From the NCBI GenBank assembly GCA_020632445.1, contig JACKFN010000002.1, positions 36,387-100,386 of the forward strand: a DNA stretch of 64,000 bases. The letters run 5' to 3'. This DNA comes from Candidatus Nomurabacteria bacterium. Lineage in GTDB: Bacteria > Patescibacteriota > Patescibacteriia > Magasanikbacterales > UBA922. Positions 60,040 to 64,000 of the stretch are shown piece after piece. Under the pieces are notes generated by a model. That model did no database searches and had not been told where the DNA came from. It was given only the letters and a program-made list of their open reading frames with translations. Position 1 is the first letter of the stretch. Each line of letters starts with the position of its first letter. The translations under genes and the position numbers were made by a program.

Positions 60040-60358
60040 CACTCACACGCTGCTTGGCAGCACTGGAGGCATCTTGAGCCGAGAAATCATCTTTCTCCTC
60101 ATCGGCGGACCGTTCATGGGATGGACACTCCGTCCTTTCGAGATCATCGAAGACAGCGATGACGACGAAGATCCGGACCCGTCCGCGCCGATCCCGGAGA
60201 TCACTCACCATAACCTCTTCCCCCAGCCGCTGACTCCCCCCGCTGCCCAGCGCAGGCCCGACCGGCGCCTGGCGAACAGTGGAGCGCACCGCCGGGCGAT
60301 CTACAGGCCCAACACCTTCCGCACCCCGACCCGCGCCGCCAGCCGCAGGCACGGCTGA
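60040..60358 (+). pseudogene. high-GC coding fragment without credible start (remnant of acquired gene)
   Basis: ~320 bp at ~65% GC with strong GC3 bias in + frame (…EDSDDDEDPDPSAPIPEITHHNLFPQPLTPPAAQRRPDRR…); sits between tgt terminator and queA terminator. Confidence 0.4.
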
Positions 60359-60396
60359 ACCGGGCGCCCCACCGCGCCCACTCCCCTTCCATACAT

Positions 60397-60424
60397 CAAA
60401 AAACGGCACTTGGCCGATTTTTTT
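60397..60424. terminator. bidirectional terminator (serves queA)
   Basis: aaaaaacggc-acttg-gccgattttttt. Confidence 0.55.
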
Positions 60425-60442
60425 ATTCTTCAATGTTCAAAA

Positions 60443-61594
60443 CTACACAATAAACATCGCATCTCCAAAACTATAAAACCGATACTTTTTTTCAACAGCT
60501 TCATTGTAACACTGTAGCATAAATGCTTGACTGTGCGCAAAAGCGCTCACAAGCATCAACAGAGTAGACTTTGGTAAATGAAAATTGGTAATCATCGCAT
60601 CGACCACCTGAAATTCAAAACCTGGAGTGATAAAAATATTAACATCTCCTTTGTAGGGAAAAACTGTTACATTGTCAAATGGCAAAATGGTTTTTGTGCT
60701 TTCACTCTCCTTGGCATTTGCACGCATGACCGCAATCCCCTCTAACGTTCGAACCGTCGTCGTACCAACAGCTATTACCCGTCTTCCTTCTTGCTTGGCT
60801 TTGTTAATGATTTTAGCATTCTTTTGTGAGAGCCCGACCATTTCTGCATGCATGACATGATCTTTTATTTTGTCAGACTTCACCGGCAAAAAAGTTCCAA
60901 GCCCTACATGTAAGGTCACCTCGGCAAATATCACGCCTTTGCGTTTGAGTTTTTGAATAATCTCTCGAGTAAAGTGAAAACCCGCAGTCGGCGCCGCTAC
61001 AGATCCTTCGTGTTTGGCATACTGTGTTTGGTACATCTCCAGTTGTTGCGGTTCATCTTTGACATAGGGAGGAATAGGGATACGTCCATACTCATTTGCC
61101 TTTGCTCTCACTTTTTCACTACCATATGGAAACTGTACGAGCACGGTTCCATCTTTTTCTTTGACCATAACATCACAAAAAAACTCATCCACCTTGCAGG
61201 TGCACTTCGCATTATGAGGATCCTCACAGCTACAAGAAAGCAAAATCCTCATACCATTTTTCACGTGCCTTCCCGGCTTTACGAGCACCTTCCATACACC
61301 TTTGTTTGCCATTGGACGCACCAAAAAAAGTTCTATGGTCCTCTTGTGCTCCCAAAGATTTTCCCCGGCAGGCGCAATCAATTTCCCAAAAAGTCTTGCT
61401 TTAAACACCTTTGAATTATTCCATACCAGTACATCACCCTTTTCAAAATAATCTACAATGTCAAAAAAGCGTTTATGCTCTACACTTTCCTTCTCCCTAT
61501 GCACCACCATAAGCTGGGAATGATCCCTTGGTTCAATTGACTTTTGGGCGATGCGCTCTTGAGGTAAGTAATAGTCAAAATCTGAAGTATACAT
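60443..61594 (-). CDS. queA: S-adenosylmethionine:tRNA ribosyltransferase-isomerase
   Basis: MYTSDFDYYLPQERIAQ..., 383 aa. Confidence 0.85.
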   Translation of the reverse strand: MYTSDFDYYLPQERIAQKSIEPRDHSQLMVVHREKESVEHKRFFDIVDYFEKGDVLVWNNSKVFKARLFGKLIAPAGENLWEHKRTIELFLVRPMANKGVWKVLVKPGRHVKNGMRILLSCSCEDPHNAKCTCKVDEFFCDVMVKEKDGTVLVQFPYGSEKVRAKANEYGRIPIPPYVKDEPQQLEMYQTQYAKHEGSVAAPTAGFHFTREIIQKLKRKGVIFAEVTLHVGLGTFLPVKSDKIKDHVMHAEMVGLSQKNAKIINKAKQEGRRVIAVGTTTVRTLEGIAVMRANAKESESTKTILPFDNVTVFPYKGDVNIFITPGFEFQVVDAMITNFHLPKSTLLMLVSAFAHSQAFMLQCYNEAVEKKYRFYSFGDAMFIV

Positions 61595-61738
61595 ATATGC
61601 TTACTTTACAATACTTTTTTCGCAGCTGAAATATTCCAAAAATACTCATGATAAAAAAGTACTCGAAATGCCAAAAACTCCTATGGCAGAAATACTGCCA
61701 GCGACGAGCGATACGACCATGTTTACCATACCAGAATA

Positions 61739-62869
61739 CTACTTATGCTTCTTCACGGCACGTGCAACCGCCTGTGCCACTCCCTTGTCAAAAACAGAAG
61801 GAATAATTTTCTTTTCGGTAGGCTTTTTGACATAACGAGCAAGCGCCTTTGCCGCATCAATTTTCATCGGATCCGTAACCTCTTGCATACGCGCATCCAA
61901 AAGCCCTCGAAATATCCCCGGAAAAACCAAAACATTATTGATCTGGTTTGGAAAATCACTTCTCCCGGTTGCAACCACTCTGGCCCCTGTTGCAAGCGCC
62001 TCATCTGGCATAATTTCTGGCACAGGATTGGCCATCGCAAAAATAATGGCATCACTGTTCATGCTACGAACCATGTTTTTGGAAAGCACCTTTGCTCGGC
62101 TCACCCCAATAAACACATCGGCTCCTTCAACTGCCTCTTGGAGCCCACCTCTTCGTTTTTGTCTATTAGTACACTTAGCCATTTCTCCTTTTTCTGCATT
62201 TAAGTCGACTCTCCCTTCTACGATGATTCCTTTGGAATCCACAAGCAGCATATATTGTACTCCTGCGCTCATCAAAAGTTTAGCAATAGCAATACCTGCA
62301 GCGCCAGCTCCATTGATTACTACCTGTATCTGCTCTATTTTTTTCTTGGTTACCTTGAGTGCATTGTACAGTCCTCCCAAAACCACAATTGCCGTCCCAT
62401 GCTGATCATCATGAAACACAGGGATATCCAGTCGTTTATTGAGTTCCCGCTCAATATAAAAGCATGCCGGCGCAGCAATATCCTCAAGATTGATTCCGCC
62501 AAACATTGGCGCGATTCTGACAATGGTTTCAATAATTTCATCTGGATCTTGGGTATCAAGCGCAATAGGGAATGCATCGACACCACCAAATTCTTTGAAA
62601 AGAACGGCCTTTCCTTCCATCACCGGAAGACTCGCCTCTGGACCAATGTTTCCAAGCCCAAGCACAGCACTCCCGTCAGTGACCACGGCAACCATGTTTG
62701 ATTTTCGGGTATAGAGATACACATCAGATTTCTTCTTGGCAATGGCAAGGCATGGCTTGGCAACGCCTGGAGTATACGCTAGGCTCAGATCCTGTTTGTT
62801 TTTTAGCTTTGCCCGAGAAATCATTTCGATTTTTCCGGAAAGTTTTTTGTGGTATGCCAAAGGATTCAT
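61739..62869 (-). CDS. NAD(P)-dependent malic enzyme (short form)
   Basis: YTPGVA, GNIGPEA, VVINGAGAAGIA Rossmann motif; start at MNPLAYHKKL. Confidence 0.8.
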   Translation of the reverse strand: MNPLAYHKKLSGKIEMISRAKLKNKQDLSLAYTPGVAKPCLAIAKKKSDVYLYTRKSNMVAVVTDGSAVLGLGNIGPEASLPVMEGKAVLFKEFGGVDAFPIALDTQDPDEIIETIVRIAPMFGGINLEDIAAPACFYIERELNKRLDIPVFHDDQHGTAIVVLGGLYNALKVTKKKIEQIQVVINGAGAAGIAIAKLLMSAGVQYMLLVDSKGIIVEGRVDLNAEKGEMAKCTNRQKRRGGLQEAVEGADVFIGVSRAKVLSKNMVRSMNSDAIIFAMANPVPEIMPDEALATGARVVATGRSDFPNQINNVLVFPGIFRGLLDARMQEVTDPMKIDAAKALARYVKKPTEKKIIPSVFDKGVAQAVARAVKKHK

Positions 62870-62873
62870 ATGT

Positions 62874-63917
62874 TTAACGCAAATATTTGTTAACATTACT
62901 ATTATGTCCTTGCAAAGTGCTCGCGTACTTTACCTCACCGGTGTCCAGTGTCGTAAGAAAATACCAGTAATTATTTTTCTCTGGGTAAATTGCCGCTTTG
63001 ATAGAATCTAAAGTAGGAATAGCGATAGGTCCTGGTGGAAGCCCTGGATACTTATACGTATTCCACGGCGAATCAATATCACGCTGGGCAGCAGAGGTAA
63101 ACACCGAACTTCCATCACTCCCATCAACATAGTGCACCGTAGAATCAGCCTGAAGCGCCCAGCCAGAGTCATATCGTCTCCAAAACAAATCAGAAACCAG
63201 TGCCCGATCTTCTGATGATTTTACTTCTCTTTCTAAAAGACTTGCCATGGTCAAAATTTCATGAAAGCTTCTGCCCGAAAGTGCTATATCCTCCCACATG
63301 GTATCCGTAATCTGCTCATCACGGTGCTTAACAAATCGGCTCAAAACTTCTTCTGGTGATGCATCCGTAAAAAATCGAATGGTCTCAGGAGCGAGATACC
63401 CTTCCAAACTCACCGCCTTAGGCTTTTCTTTGAAAACTTTTGAACCTTCAACTTCCAAACTTCCCATGGAACCTCTTACGGCTGACTTTCCGAGAAGTTC
63501 ATACACTTCTTCAGCACTGGCAATTTCATTTTTTTCAAAATACTGCGCAACATCACGAATCGTCCACCCAGGTAAAATAGTAATATGTATTTCATCTCGA
63601 TTTTGGCGAGTATTGGCAATGGCATCGACGACTTTTCTGAGGGTGATCGGAGGCTCGACACCATATCCGCCAGGTTGCAGTTTGGTGTCCACACCACGAT
63701 ACGCCATATACTTTTTGAATAGTCCAGAAAAGCGAATGATCCCACGCTCTTCAAGCTGATCAGCGAGCGATGTCAGTGACTGACCCTGTTCAATTTGAAA
63801 CACTACACGCTCACCAATGGGGCTTGCCTTGGTGTTAATCTCTCGATAAAGGACAATACCCGAAAATATCAAACACACAACAACAATTTCAATAATCAGC
63901 TTTGTTACAAATTTCAT
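62874..63917 (-). CDS. mltG: endolytic murein transglycosylase MltG (YceG-like)
   Basis: N-terminal TM, YceG domain length 347 aa. Confidence 0.7.
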   Translation of the reverse strand: MKFVTKLIIEIVVVCLIFSGIVLYREINTKASPIGERVVFQIEQGQSLTSLADQLEERGIIRFSGLFKKYMAYRGVDTKLQPGGYGVEPPITLRKVVDAIANTRQNRDEIHITILPGWTIRDVAQYFEKNEIASAEEVYELLGKSAVRGSMGSLEVEGSKVFKEKPKAVSLEGYLAPETIRFFTDASPEEVLSRFVKHRDEQITDTMWEDIALSGRSFHEILTMASLLEREVKSSEDRALVSDLFWRRYDSGWALQADSTVHYVDGSDGSSVFTSAAQRDIDSPWNTYKYPGLPPGPIAIPTLDSIKAAIYPEKNNYWYFLTTLDTGEVKYASTLQGHNSNVNKYLR

Positions 63918-64000
63918 AAATAATCTTTTTTATCTTGCTCCATCGCAATAAGCAACTCCTTTATACGCGGAACATCATCTTTATGACAAACCAAAAGCGC
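63914..64000 (-). CDS. 3' end of an upstream gene (partial, runs off window)
   Basis: Open frame ...LLVCHKDDVPRIKELLIAMEQDKKDYL ending in TGA overlapping mltG ATG (ATGA). Confidence 0.3.
   Translation of the reverse strand, partial: ALLVCHKDDVPRIKELLIAMEQDKKDYL

Overview
This window is a low-GC (~38-40%) bacterial chromosome segment, probably Candidate Phyla Radiation/Patescibacteria. That assignment rests on compact genes, ribosomal protein L30 missing between rpsE and rplO, a Z-type S14, an unlinked 16S rRNA, and Lys/Glu-rich extensions on several ribosomal proteins. The standard genetic code is in use, with no in-frame TGA in conserved genes. The core is a minus-strand translation supercluster: rpsL-rpsG-fusA, an inserted block (alarmone hydrolase, EgtD-like methyltransferase, trmD, HD hydrolase, DUF2061, 16S rRNA, a polyacidic YefM-like protein, a high-GC membrane protein), then tuf-rpsJ-rplC...rplO-secY-adk. 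Canonical TTGACA-17 nt-TATAAT-type promoters are readable in front of the genes for the TrmB regulator, tuf, rpsL, rpmB, arfB and rplC. Other identified genes are recO, ruvX, map, rpmB, trhO, arfB, ndk, a UvrD/PcrA helicase, tgt, queA, malic enzyme, mltG and tRNA-Asn(GTT) and tRNA-Pro(GGG). The most striking pattern is at least ten discrete ORFs or fragments of 55-68% GC with very high third-position GC. They sit in intergenic slots between native AT-rich genes and are often fronted by host-type AT-rich promoters and terminators. They comprise a 2OG-Fe(II) oxygenase, a membrane protein next to tuf, three Cys-rich zinc-ribbon proteins, a GNAT, two tandem ATP-grasp ligases, a tryptophan-2,3-dioxygenase-like gene and small fragments. 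The best candidate for a novel system lies at 48.9-54.9 kb. Two ATP-grasp paralogs share an identical 705-bp 3' half and have divergent N-terminal halves. Each sits behind its own leaderless leader-peptide plus terminator attenuator. One leader is Phe-rich (MKHIYSSNFFFFFGASRGW, pheL-like) with a clear antiterminator/terminator alternative. The other is Ile/Leu/Val-rich. They are linked to a translationally coupled 22-aa ORF, an M20 peptidase, a GNAT and an AstE/AspA-type deacylase. Other notable loci are a tRNA-Pro-adjacent ASCH/CYTH/ParB-like/TrhO/DUF62 operon, a TrpR-family repressor with an E. coli-like tandem ACTAGT operator next to the TDO-like gene, and a serine-recombinase remnant beside tRNA-Asn flanking a high-GC island.
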